A stretch of 64,000 nt of DNA. It comes from an uncultured Flavobacteriales bacterium. GTDB taxonomy: Bacteria > Bacteroidota > Bacteroidia > Flavobacteriales > UBA1820. Positions within the stretch are counted from its first letter, which is position 1. The number at the start of each line of letters is the position of its first letter. The notes beneath the pieces were generated by a model, which was not told the DNA's origin, ran no database searches, and saw only the letters and a program-made list of their open reading frames with translations. The position numbers and the translations under genes were made by a program. Location of the stretch: NCBI GenBank assembly GCA_902462305.1, contig CABQBC010000001.1, positions 52,561-116,560 on the forward strand. Direction: 5' to 3'. Of this stretch, positions 1-8,561 are shown piece after piece.

Positions 1-380
1 ATTCCTTTTTCGCCTATGGAGTAAAGTTCGCACACACGCCCGCCCGAACGGTATGTCCTTATGGCTATCTTCCCGTCCGAATTTGTCTTTTCCACCACCT
101 TCGAAGGGAACTCTCCTGGGCCGCTGCCACTTTTTCCCCACGTGTACATGAATTCGAAACCGGGGAGTTTATATACGTAAAATATGTCCTCATCGGGGGT
201 TTTTACCGCCACCGCGTTCTTTGAAGGGAAAAAACCGTTTGGACGCAGTATTTCGTTCACCGTTATACTGTCGGCCTTTAACGTTACAGGGGCGGAAAAA
301 TCCTTCGCCGGGCCGGATGAACAGGCGGCTATCGCCGAAATAAACGGTGCGGAGAGCAAGATCTTGTAATATCCTTTCAT
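1..380 (-). CDS. Lipoprotein, 6-bladed beta-propeller-like family (N-terminal part only; gene runs off the left edge)
   Basis: Hand translation of the minus strand from ATG at 380 gives MKGYYKILLSAPFISAIAACSSGPAKDF...YTWGKSGSGPGEFPSKV... It has a signal peptide with a lipobox-like AIAAC and stays open to position 1. It is absent from the ORF track because it is truncated. Confidence 0.55.
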   Translation of the reverse strand, partial: MKGYYKILLSAPFISAIAACSSGPAKDFSAPVTLKADSITVNEILRPNGFFPSKNAVAVKTPDEDIFYVYKLPGFEFMYTWGKSGSGPGEFPSKVVEKTNSDGKIAIRTYRSGGRVCELYSIGEKG

Positions 381-561
381 GAGTCTACTGTGTTTTATCT
401 TTTCAATGTAAGACTCTCCGCATGGCCTTAAAGTTTCACCACGCGGGAAAGTTTAACACAAGTTTCACTTTTGAATTCCGCACATAATTGCCCCATAGCC
501 GCATGTGCAAACAAATCCGGAAAGCACTCTTTCCCACCTCAAAACACAGTAATAAAGCACG

Positions 562-888
562 TCATACGCTCCATATTCGCATGATAGAAAACACGAGCGT
601 ACTGCCTGCCACCAACATCATCGCCGCACCGGTGGCTATGCTGCGCCAGTTGCCTCGCACAAGGCGCAGCCCGAAAAAGAACGGCAGAGCCGAGAAAAAC
701 ACGCACAAAAACCATGTAAAATCATAGTACGCAAACATACGGCAGGAACCCATGAACATCATGCGCGCCTGTTCCGCGCTTTCCGCACCGTCAGTTATGA
801 CAAACCACGCCACGCATACCGATACCGGCAATACTAGCATTATACTTCCCCAAAGGGTGTAAAATTTGCGAAAAAACAAGTCTATCAT
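562..888 (-). CDS. Small hypothetical membrane protein (about 3 TM segments)
   Basis: 108-aa ORF with hydrophobic segments (SIMLVLPVSVCVAWFVI, FLCVFFSALPFFFGL, AAMMLVAGSTLVF). I recognise no family. Confidence 0.4.
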   Translation of the reverse strand: MIDLFFRKFYTLWGSIMLVLPVSVCVAWFVITDGAESAEQARMMFMGSCRMFAYYDFTWFLCVFFSALPFFFGLRLVRGNWRSIATGAAMMLVAGSTLVFSIMRIWSV

Positions 889-1085
889 GTCTGTCTGTTT
901 TATTTCTTTATAAATGTAGTATTAACACCTATTCTGTTGAGTCCTCCCAAGGGTGCGCCGGACCACAAGTTTGCCGGCCATAAGCCGTTCTATGTTTATT
1001 CCTTTCGGCTGGGATACCAGCGAGAAACAGACATCTTCAATAGTACGTTTCATCTTTACTGTGCCCGGCAAGCACGTGATATCCG

Positions 1086-1865
1086 TCAATGTCTTTCCTT
1101 AGTATTGAGTGCGCGCAGTCGTATGCCGGTTATCACCTTTTTCGTGTACAGAGGGAAATCCGCCTCGAGTATCCAGCCGAGGTATCCCGGTTCAGCCTCA
1201 AGAAGTTCCTCGACACGGCGGCCTTTGTGTTTTCCGAACGAAAAGACCTCGCAACCATCCTTGTCGTAAGTTATAAACCCGGCAAAGTCGGCGAATTTTC
1301 TCTGGGTGGAATACTCTGCCAGCGCTTCGATATCGTTCGGAAGATCGTCATAGCGGTCCAACTGCCCGCAAAGCACTTCGTAAGTGGCCAAGGTATCGGC
1401 CTGCGCACCGTGAGCGCCTTCGAGTTCCGCGCCGCAATAAAATTTGTAGGCCGCCGAAAGGGTGCGCTGTTCTTTCTTGTGGAATATCGTCTGTACGTCC
1501 ACAGACACACGGTGGTTCATATCGAAATCTATACCTGCGCGCAACAGTTCCTCGGCAAGTAAAGGTATGTCGAACTTATTCGAATTGTAACCGGCAAGGT
1601 CGGAATCCTTTATCATGGCATACACTTGCGGCGCTATCTTGTCGAACGTAGGTTCGTCCCTGACTTTCTCGTCCGTTATACCGTGTATGGCCGATACTTC
1701 CTCAGGTATATGGCGGCCGGGATTGACCAGCCACGTTTTTATTTCCTTCGTGCCGTTGGGAAACACCTTGACTACGGATATCTCGACTATCCTGTCCCTC
1801 GCCACATCCGTACCAGTGGTTTCGAGGTCGAAAAAGCATATCGGGCGTTTTAATTTCAGTTCCAT
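1086..1865 (-). CDS. DnaQ/DEDD-family 3'-5' exonuclease (DNA pol III epsilon-like) with a C-terminal KHKG..V.E....P.Y..W domain
   Basis: FFDLETTG (ExoI), GYNSNKFDIPLL (ExoII) and HGAQADT (ExoIII) motifs in a 259-aa ORF. Confidence 0.9.
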   Translation of the reverse strand: MELKLKRPICFFDLETTGTDVARDRIVEISVVKVFPNGTKEIKTWLVNPGRHIPEEVSAIHGITDEKVRDEPTFDKIAPQVYAMIKDSDLAGYNSNKFDIPLLAEELLRAGIDFDMNHRVSVDVQTIFHKKEQRTLSAAYKFYCGAELEGAHGAQADTLATYEVLCGQLDRYDDLPNDIEALAEYSTQRKFADFAGFITYDKDGCEVFSFGKHKGRRVEELLEAEPGYLGWILEADFPLYTKKVITGIRLRALNTKERH

Positions 1866-1927
1866 CTCAATTTATATGTTTTTATCTTTATTTTCACAGC
1901 AAATGCCGTAACACCGTCAAATACGTC

Positions 1928-3157
1928 TCAACGGCGAAGGTCTATGTCCAGCCGCTCCCCTTCGTCCTTGGCCACCATCACAGCCACACAGGTATCGCCG
2001 AACACGTTGACCGAAGTACGCATCATATCGGCTATCCTGTCCACCCCTATCACCAGGCCTATGCCTTCCAGAGGAAGTCCCACTGCGGACAACACCACCG
2101 ACATCATTACTATACCGGCCATCGGAATACCTGCCGAACCCACAGCTGCCAGTACCGCCGTGAGAGCCACAATCACCTGCTGGCCGAACGTGAGGTCTAT
2201 CCCGTAAGCCTGGGCAATGAATATCGCCGCCACGCCTTCCAAAAGAGCCGTACCGTTCATGTTTATAGTAGCTCCCAGGGGCAACGTAAGCGAAGCTACA
2301 CTCTGCGACACACCATCCTTTTCCTCCACTGCCTCGATGGTAAGCGGCAGTGCAGCATTGGACGAAGCTGTGGAAAAAGCCGTCACCAACGGGTTTATCA
2401 TATTTCTGAAATGCTGCACCGGATTTACCTTCGCCTTGAAATACAAAAGCGATGGCAGCCATACGAACATCTGCACGGCCAACCCCAGGGACACAGTAAG
2501 CACATACAGTGACAAATTGCCCACAAGTCCGAGTATATCGCCAGCACCTGCTATCTGACGGGCGATGATGGCGAACACGCCTATCGGGGAAAAACGCACT
2601 ATAAAGTACGTTATCTTTATCATCACGGAAAAAAGCGCATCGAAAATACCGGTAAGCGTATCTTTTTCCTTCTTTCCGAGTTTATTTACGAACACGCCGA
2701 AGAGTATTGCGAAAAATATCACCGGCAACATGTTGCCACCGGAAAATGCAGCCGCTATGTTCGACGGGACTATGTTCACGATAGTATCCATGAACGATAT
2801 GTTTCCAAGCGCCATGCCTTCGGGTTTTCCGGCCAGCGACAGGTCCATTCCCGCTCCGGGATTGATGAGGTTTACAAGCGTAAGACCGGTAGCTACCGCT
2901 ATGAGCATCGTAATCACATAATAACATATCGTACGAAGTCCTATCGATTTGAGGTTGGCCCCATCGGCAATGCCGGTCACGCCCGACACTATCGAACTGA
3001 ATATCAACGGTACTACCACCATACCGAGCGCATTTACAAACATACGTCCTATCCAGTCCGTGTATGCAGTCCAACCGGGTAGCAACGCACCGAAAAAACC
3101 GCCAGCTACCAGGGCGATTATTATCTGCCAGTGCAGTTTTAGTTTCAATAGTTTCAT
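1928..3157 (-). CDS. Dicarboxylate/amino acid:cation symporter (DAACS/GltP-SstT family)
   Basis: 409-aa polytopic ORF with SSNAALP and NMNGTAL signature segments typical of sodium:dicarboxylate symporter family proteins. Confidence 0.9.
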   Translation of the reverse strand: MKLLKLKLHWQIIIALVAGGFFGALLPGWTAYTDWIGRMFVNALGMVVVPLIFSSIVSGVTGIADGANLKSIGLRTICYYVITMLIAVATGLTLVNLINPGAGMDLSLAGKPEGMALGNISFMDTIVNIVPSNIAAAFSGGNMLPVIFFAILFGVFVNKLGKKEKDTLTGIFDALFSVMIKITYFIVRFSPIGVFAIIARQIAGAGDILGLVGNLSLYVLTVSLGLAVQMFVWLPSLLYFKAKVNPVQHFRNMINPLVTAFSTASSNAALPLTIEAVEEKDGVSQSVASLTLPLGATINMNGTALLEGVAAIFIAQAYGIDLTFGQQVIVALTAVLAAVGSAGIPMAGIVMMSVVLSAVGLPLEGIGLVIGVDRIADMMRTSVNVFGDTCVAVMVAKDEGERLDIDLRR

Positions 3158-3209
3158 AGATGTATAATTTAGAACCTTCCGTATTTATAGCGTCTACAAT
3201 CAAACGTCG

Positions 3210-3731
3210 TCAGTCCGTTTTCGCATCACGGCCTTTTTCCCTTACCTCTTTCCATTTATTGGCGATGTCCTGTTCACCGTCGAAATAACCGGCCCTGATG
3301 TTTTTGTCGAATATCTCCCCGGTAGGAACGAGATATATCTTATGAGAGTCGGGATACTCGCACACATCGTACCCCAGGCAAGTCCTTATATCCAGATAAA
3401 CACAAGGCTCCTGCGTATGATTGTACAGCTGGTGCGCTCCCGTTTCCCCTTTCTCAAAAAAGACAATATCGCCGCTGCCTACGGTTTCCAGGCCTTCGGG
3501 CGTCCTGAGCGTGGCAGAACCTGAAATAATCACGAACAATTCTTCGGCAAACCTATGGAAATGATATGCCGAACAATACTGCCCCGGATACAGTTGCCGG
3601 ACATCGAAATTCAGGTTTTCAGGTTCCACACCCTTCTTTATACGTGAAATATCGGTAAACAGCCTGAAATTATCGGGTCTGTTTTCATTTTCACGGAATT
3701 CCCTGTCCGATGGTTTCAGAATAGTGGCCAT
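3210..3731 (-). CDS. Cupin domain protein
   Basis: 173 aa. The pattern YHFHRFAEELFVIISGSATL...GDIVFF...GAHQL is a two-motif cupin pattern. Confidence 0.75.
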   Translation of the reverse strand: MATILKPSDREFRENENRPDNFRLFTDISRIKKGVEPENLNFDVRQLYPGQYCSAYHFHRFAEELFVIISGSATLRTPEGLETVGSGDIVFFEKGETGAHQLYNHTQEPCVYLDIRTCLGYDVCEYPDSHKIYLVPTGEIFDKNIRAGYFDGEQDIANKWKEVREKGRDAKTD

Positions 3732-3802
3732 AGTGTCCTTATTTTCAAATTGTTTCCGGTGGAGACTACGACACGGCTTTTATCAGGCCCCTCACCGCAA
3801 TA

Positions 3803-5473
3803 TCACGAAAGGCCCGTTATAACGCCGTTTTCGTCTATATCCATGCCTATGGCCATAGGTTTGGCCGGTAGTCCCGGCATACGCATCATCTGGCCGGCCA
3901 CCGGTATTACGAAACCGGCTCCGGAGGCTATCTCCACATCGCGTATGTTTATGTCGAACCCCGACGGCGCACCTACCACGCTTTCATCGTCGGTAAATGA
4001 TTTCTGCGTTTTGGCTATGCATACGGCCATGTCCGAAAGTCCGAGTTTTTCTATACGCGCCAACTTTTTCTCCGCAGCTGCCGAAAAAACGACTCCGCGA
4101 GCACCGTATGTGCGACGCGCAACGGTTTCTATTTTGTCTTTCAAAGGTGCTGAGAGCTCGTACAAAGGCTCGTACTTATGTTTCGCTTTCGCTACTTCTT
4201 CTACCACCACGCGGGCCAGTTCCTCACAGCCCTGCCCTCCTTTGGCCCAGCCTTCGGAAAGTACAACCCGTACGCCGTAGTCGCGGCACAGGCGCTCCAG
4301 AACCTGTATTTCGGACATATCGTCGCTCACGAAACGGTTTATAGCCACAACGGGAGTTATGCCGTAATTCATCGCATTGCGGATATGGCGCTCCAGGTTG
4401 GCGAAACCTCGCTCCACAGCCGACGTATCCGGAGTGTTCAGGTCGGCAAGCGCCACGCCGCCGTGATATTTCAACGCGCGCACCGTAGCCACAATCACCC
4501 ATGTCTTCGGGTTCAGATGACCGGCGCGGCACTTTATATTCATGAATTTCTCTGCGCCCATATCCGAACCGAAACCTGCCTCGGTAACGACATACTCGGA
4601 AAGCGAAAGCCCCGTAAGAGTAGCTATTATGGAGTTAGTGCCTTGTGCTATATTGGCAAAAGGCCCTCCGTGGAGTATGGCAGGGCTGCCGTCGAGCGTC
4701 TGAACTAGATTCGGCTTTATGGCATCCTTGAGCAGGACGGCCATAGCGCCCACTGCACCAAGATCACGGGCATATACCGCTTCTCCGGAATATTTGAAAC
4801 CGACGAGAATATTTCCCAGGCGTTTTTTCAAATCGGCCATGTCTTTCGACAGGCACAGTATGGCCATTATCTCCGAAGCCGGGGTTATGTTGAACCCTTC
4901 CTCGCGCACTACTCCTCCGGTAACACCGCCAAGACCTATCACGATATTTCTCAGCGAGCGGTCGTTCATGTCCATCACGCGCTTGAACAACACGGTACGA
5001 GGATCTATGCCCAAATTGCCCGTTTTGGCTTGTATATTGTTGTCTATCATGGCGGAAAGGAGGTTGTTGGCGCGTTCTACGGCGCAGAAATCGCCCGTAA
5101 AATGCAGGTTTATGTCCTCCATCGGTATCACCTGCGAGTACCCTCCGCCGGCAGCTCCGCCTTTAAGCCCGAATACAGGGCCTAACGACGGTTCGCGCAA
5201 CACCGCTACGGCTTGTTTTCCTATCCTGTTCAACCCTTCGGTAAGACCTATCGACACTGTAGTTTTGCCTTCGCCGGCGGGCGTAGGCGATATGGCGGTA
5301 ACGAGTATAAGATTGTTCTTTTCGGCTTTTTCCCGGTCTATCAGTTTAAGCGGCAATTTGGCTTTATACCGTCCGTAAAGTTCGAGTTCGTCTTCATGTA
5401 TGCCGAGTTTTCCCGCAATCTCGGTTATGGGACGTATCCCGGCCTGCTGAGCAATTTCTATATCGGATTTCAT
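3803..5473 (-). CDS. fhs: Formate--tetrahydrofolate ligase
   Basis: 556-aa ORF with full-length resemblance to FTHFS: PTPAGEGKTT P-loop, EPSLGPVFG.KGGAAGGGY and a C-terminal PGLP motif. Confidence 0.97.
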   Translation of the reverse strand: MKSDIEIAQQAGIRPITEIAGKLGIHEDELELYGRYKAKLPLKLIDREKAEKNNLILVTAISPTPAGEGKTTVSIGLTEGLNRIGKQAVAVLREPSLGPVFGLKGGAAGGGYSQVIPMEDINLHFTGDFCAVERANNLLSAMIDNNIQAKTGNLGIDPRTVLFKRVMDMNDRSLRNIVIGLGGVTGGVVREEGFNITPASEIMAILCLSKDMADLKKRLGNILVGFKYSGEAVYARDLGAVGAMAVLLKDAIKPNLVQTLDGSPAILHGGPFANIAQGTNSIIATLTGLSLSEYVVTEAGFGSDMGAEKFMNIKCRAGHLNPKTWVIVATVRALKYHGGVALADLNTPDTSAVERGFANLERHIRNAMNYGITPVVAINRFVSDDMSEIQVLERLCRDYGVRVVLSEGWAKGGQGCEELARVVVEEVAKAKHKYEPLYELSAPLKDKIETVARRTYGARGVVFSAAAEKKLARIEKLGLSDMAVCIAKTQKSFTDDESVVGAPSGFDINIRDVEIASGAGFVIPVAGQMMRMPGLPAKPMAIGMDIDENGVITGLS

Positions 5474-5524
5474 CGGAGTTGTGTGTGTTGTATATTTATT
5501 TTAGAAAAAAATAACAGTCATTTG

Positions 5525-5532
5525 CAAAATTA
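5525..5532 (-). promoter_or_regulatory. Candidate Bacteroidetes -7 promoter box (TAATTTTG on the minus strand) for fhs
   Basis: Plus-strand CAAAATTA equals minus-strand TAATTTTG, which fits TAnnTTTG. It lies about 50 nt upstream of the fhs ATG. Confidence 0.35.
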
Positions 5533-5564
5533 ATCTTTTTCCGCCGTATTACAGCGTGCCGGAG

Positions 5565-6524
5565 TCAGCTTTTAACCAGTAAATACGCTGCGTACGCCGC
5601 ATAACAGGCAAGCAACGACACGCCCCATACACGCGATATCCTGCCCCACACGGCCACGCACAACAGCAGCACAGCCGAGCCGGCCATAGTGACATACAAA
5701 TCGAGAGGCGAAAAATCGTTTCCCGCCTTAACCGGAGCCAGAACGGCTGTAAGCCCCAGTATAAAAAGCCCGTTGAAAATATTGGAACCGAGTACATTTC
5801 CCAAGGCCATCTGCCCGGAAACTTTCCGTGCGGCAATTATAGAAGTCACTATCTCCGGCATGGACGTTCCGAGAGCGACTACGGTAAGACCTATCACCCG
5901 GTCCGACATGCCGAACGACAAGGCTATCGCCCCGGCAGAACCCACTATCAGTTTACCGCCGATGAAAAGCCCTGCCACGCCTATGGCAATCAATCCGGAA
6001 GCCTTTCCTACGGACATAACCTCACGAGCGGAAGTATCCGTTTTTTCAGCACCGTCCTTGTCCCTGGCAGCCCTGAGCGTGAAATACATGAAAACCGAGA
6101 ACAGCACCAGAAGCACCGCGCCGTCCGTACGGGAAACGATATTTTCAGCCCCGTTGAAAAACAGGGAATCGCCGGCAACGAAAAGCAGTAATGCAGAAAG
6201 AAGTATCGTGAGCGTTATCTCGCGTATTATCTTTTTTCCCGACACTGCCAGCGGACTTATAGCCGCCGTTATGCCTATCACCACGAATATATTCAATGTA
6301 TTGGAGCCTAACACATTGCCAAGCGCCATGCCTGCGCTCCCGTCGATCACGGCTATCATGTTTACTACCAACTCAGGCAACGAAGTGGCAAATGCCACCA
6401 CCGTAAGGCCTACCACATAATCCGACATTCCGTATCTGCGAGCCATGGAAGACGCTCCGTCGACGAGGAAATCGGACGATTTTATAAGGGCTGCAAAGCC
6501 CAGCAACAGCAATAAATAATCCAT
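5565..6524 (-). CDS. Ca2+/Na+ antiporter (CaCA family, YrbG-like)
   Basis: 319 aa with two alpha-repeat motifs (GLTVVAFATSLPELV and GLTVVALGTSMPEIV; GNVLGSN appears twice). Confidence 0.9.
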   Translation of the reverse strand: MDYLLLLLGFAALIKSSDFLVDGASSMARRYGMSDYVVGLTVVAFATSLPELVVNMIAVIDGSAGMALGNVLGSNTLNIFVVIGITAAISPLAVSGKKIIREITLTILLSALLLFVAGDSLFFNGAENIVSRTDGAVLLVLFSVFMYFTLRAARDKDGAEKTDTSAREVMSVGKASGLIAIGVAGLFIGGKLIVGSAGAIALSFGMSDRVIGLTVVALGTSMPEIVTSIIAARKVSGQMALGNVLGSNIFNGLFILGLTAVLAPVKAGNDFSPLDLYVTMAGSAVLLLCVAVWGRISRVWGVSLLACYAAYAAYLLVKS

Positions 6525-6545
6525 ACTTTTAAATTTTATAAACCG

Positions 6546-6589
6546 AAAAAAGGACGCTCCGTGTCAAAAACTCCGGAACGTCCTTTTTT
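6546..6589. terminator. Hairpin terminator between the HIT gene and the antiporter gene
   Basis: AAAAAAGGACGCTCCG...CGGAACGTCCTTTTTTTT: an imperfect stem flanked by A and T runs, just downstream of the HIT stop codon. Confidence 0.6.
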
Positions 6590-6622
6590 TTAAATATTGT
6601 AAGACATACTTGCCACGTGGTG

Positions 6623-7021
6623 TTATTTCTCCATATTGGCGGCGATGGCGGCGGCGATGGCCTCCATTTCTTCTTTCGGCAACTCAAGCGTCTGGCGCGA
6701 GAGATCCATGTCCTTCGGACCGCTGAGCGGCAGCAAATGCACATGAACGTGGTGTACGTCGAGCCCGACGACCGATACCCCTACCCTTTTGCACGGCACT
6801 GCTTTTTCGAGTGCGCGAGCCACGCGGCGTGCAAAGAGCATAAGACCGGCGTAGGTCTGTTCGTCGAGTTCGTATATCTTATCGACTTCTTTTTTAGGTA
6901 TGACCAGCGTGTGGCCTTTTATAATGGGAAATGCGTCGAGTATGGCTATATAATCGTCGGTTTCGGCCACTTTATACGAAGGCAGTTCCCCGTTTATTAT
7001 CCGTGTGAATACAGATGGCAT
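6623..7021 (-). CDS. HIT (histidine triad) family protein
   Basis: 132 aa with the histidine-triad HVHVHLLP motif. Confidence 0.9.
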   Translation of the reverse strand: MPSVFTRIINGELPSYKVAETDDYIAILDAFPIIKGHTLVIPKKEVDKIYELDEQTYAGLMLFARRVARALEKAVPCKRVGVSVVGLDVHHVHVHLLPLSGPKDMDLSRQTLELPKEEMEAIAAAIAANMEK

Positions 7022-7041
7022 ATTTTTGTACGTGTATTATA

Positions 7042-7150
7042 TTTTAAACTACGCGGCCATAGCCCGCAGGCATAGCCTGTTTGATATTGAATGTCTGTTG
7101 TTAATATCTGTCCAGCCGTGGTCACCCGGCCGGCTTGCAGCTTATTTTAT
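7042..7150. repeat. Intergenic repeat family, copy A (full length, about 109 bp)
   Basis: Aligns by hand with 46273-46381 (about 15 mismatches over 109 positions), with 50401-50483 (internal deletions) and, in its first module, with 51800-51901. Confidence 0.85.
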
Positions 7151-7159
7151 AATAAGTTC

Positions 7160-7241
7160 CGCCGGGATCACCCGGCCAACGCTGCGCCTCGGCATAATCA
7201 AAACAAGTTTTGCTTCTGCACCCGGCTGGCAGTTTATTTTA
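7160..7241. repeat. Partial extra copies of the GC-rich/TTTATTTTA terminal module of the repeat family
   Basis: CCGCCGGGATCACCCGGCC and CTGCACCCGGCTGGCAGTTTATTTTAC resemble the 3' module of copy A (CACCCGGCCGGCTTGCAGCTTATTTTAT). Confidence 0.5.
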
Positions 7242-7286
7242 CGATATCCATTAAAATGCGCCGTAAAAAGCGGACACATCATATTG

Positions 7287-7760
7287 TCAGCGCGTTATTT
7301 CCAGCACATCGAAAAACATGGTGCCATTAGGCACTTTTATCTCGGCTACATCGCCTACCGATTTACCCAAGAGGCCTTTGCCTATGGGGGAGTCGACGGA
7401 TATTTTCCCTTTTGCTATATCGGCTTCGTTCTGCGCCACAAGGGTATATGTCATTTCCTTGCCGTTTTGCTTATTCTTTATCTTTACGGTGGATAGTATC
7501 AGCACTTTCGATGCGTCGAGCTGTGAAGCGTCCACTATGCGTGCGGCGGAGAGCGTTTCCTCGAGTTTGGCTATCCGCATCTCCAGCATTCCCTGGGCTT
7601 CCTTGGCCGCGTCGTACTCGGCGTTTTCGGAAAGGTCGCCTTTGTCCCTGGCCTCGGCTATTTGTTTTATCACATGCGCCCGGTCCACCGTTTTCAATGT
7701 TTCCAGTTCCTTCTTGAGCTTGTTGTAGCCCTCCTCTGTGTAGTAAGATACTTTTGCCAT
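7287..7760 (-). CDS. greA: Transcription elongation factor GreA
   Basis: 157 aa with an N-terminal coiled coil (ARDKGDLSENAEYDAAKEAQ) and a C-terminal GreA/B domain (ISVDSPIGKGLLGK.VGD). Confidence 0.95.
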   Translation of the reverse strand: MAKVSYYTEEGYNKLKKELETLKTVDRAHVIKQIAEARDKGDLSENAEYDAAKEAQGMLEMRIAKLEETLSAARIVDASQLDASKVLILSTVKIKNKQNGKEMTYTLVAQNEADIAKGKISVDSPIGKGLLGKSVGDVAEIKVPNGTMFFDVLEITR

Positions 7761-7807
7761 AGCTGAAAAATCCTTATGGTGTTAAATTTTCGGTTTCTTT
7801 ATTAAAT

Positions 7808-7851
7808 TACAAAATAAAAGAACCCCAACGGTAACGTTACCTTCGGGATTC
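7808..7851 (-). terminator. Intrinsic-terminator-like hairpin inside the greA 5' leader (attenuator candidate)
   Basis: The minus-strand RNA is GAAUCCCGAAGGUAACGUUACCGUUGGGGUUC followed by UUUUAUUUUG. It lies between the candidate -7 box and the greA ATG. Confidence 0.5.
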
Positions 7852-7859
7852 GACTTTGA

Positions 7860-7867
7860 CAAATATA
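7860..7867 (-). promoter_or_regulatory. Candidate -7 promoter box (TATATTTG on the minus strand) for greA
   Basis: Plus-strand CAAATATA fits TAnnTTTG on the minus strand, about 100 nt upstream of the greA ATG. Confidence 0.35.
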
Positions 7868-8177
7868 CACAAAAAAGAACCCTGGGCAAAACCGGCCGGA
7901 AGATTTAAACAAAAACCAATCTTATGCACTCATTACTAACTTTTTAAAAAATTAAACACCTATAAATTGATTTTCTTCTAACAAAAAGCCGCAATACATG
8001 GCTTTATGTCAGCACATCTCGGAAACCAGGCAAAAACCGCTCCGAAAATACCTGCCAAATATTTTCTTTACGCATGAAAATTCATATTTTTACACCCCGT
8101 AAGGGAATACGGAAAAACTAAACACACAAATCGGCCCGGAAAATTCATTATTCATAACAATAAATATTTTTAAAGAC

Positions 8178-8492
8178 ATGATAAGCCTTATAATTACGCT
8201 GGTCACCTTGTTCTTTATGGGCAAGACCTTTGAAAAAATGGGACGTTCCTTCTGGCAGGGATTCATTCCTATCTACAACCTCTACATACTGTTGGAAGAA
8301 TTCGGCAAACCGCTGTGGTGGCTCATATTGCTGTTCATCCCTGTAGCGAACATCATAATACTGTTCCTTATATTCAAGGAACTGGCCGAACGCTTCGGCA
8401 AGGATTACCTGATGGCAATCGTGATGACGGTACTGCCGTTCGTCGGTTTTGCAATACTCGCACTGACGGATTGCACTTACACGAAAAAGTAA
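8178..8492 (+). CDS. Small membrane protein, DUF5684-like
   Basis: 104 aa with GRSFWQGFIPIYNLY.LLE..GKPLWW..L.FIP, typical of this small-membrane-protein family. Confidence 0.7.
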   Translation: MISLIITLVTLFFMGKTFEKMGRSFWQGFIPIYNLYILLEEFGKPLWWLILLFIPVANIIILFLIFKELAERFGKDYLMAIVMTVLPFVGFAILALTDCTYTKK

Positions 8493-8508
8493 AAACGTGC
8501 ATACAAAC

Positions 8509-8540
8509 AAAAAAGGCAGCGCTTTGCGCTGCCTTTTTTT
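8509..8540. terminator. Bidirectional rho-independent terminator
   Basis: AAAAAAGGCAGCGC-TTT-GCGCTGCCTTTTTTT between convergent genes (ends at 8492 on plus and 8562 on minus). Confidence 0.8.
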
Positions 8541-8561
8541 GTTTGCCGGCCATACAGAATA

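Noticed and set aside
7091-7330. ORFs 7091-7330, 46322-46552 and 50237-50512, which encode similar peptides (..NICPAVVTRPACSLFY.. / ..NICPGGVTRPDCSLFY..)
   Set aside because: The similarity comes from translating the DNA repeat family. The ATG is missing in copy C, the downstream sequences are unrelated, and the substitutions between copies show no bias toward preserving the peptide. I treat them as non-coding repeats.
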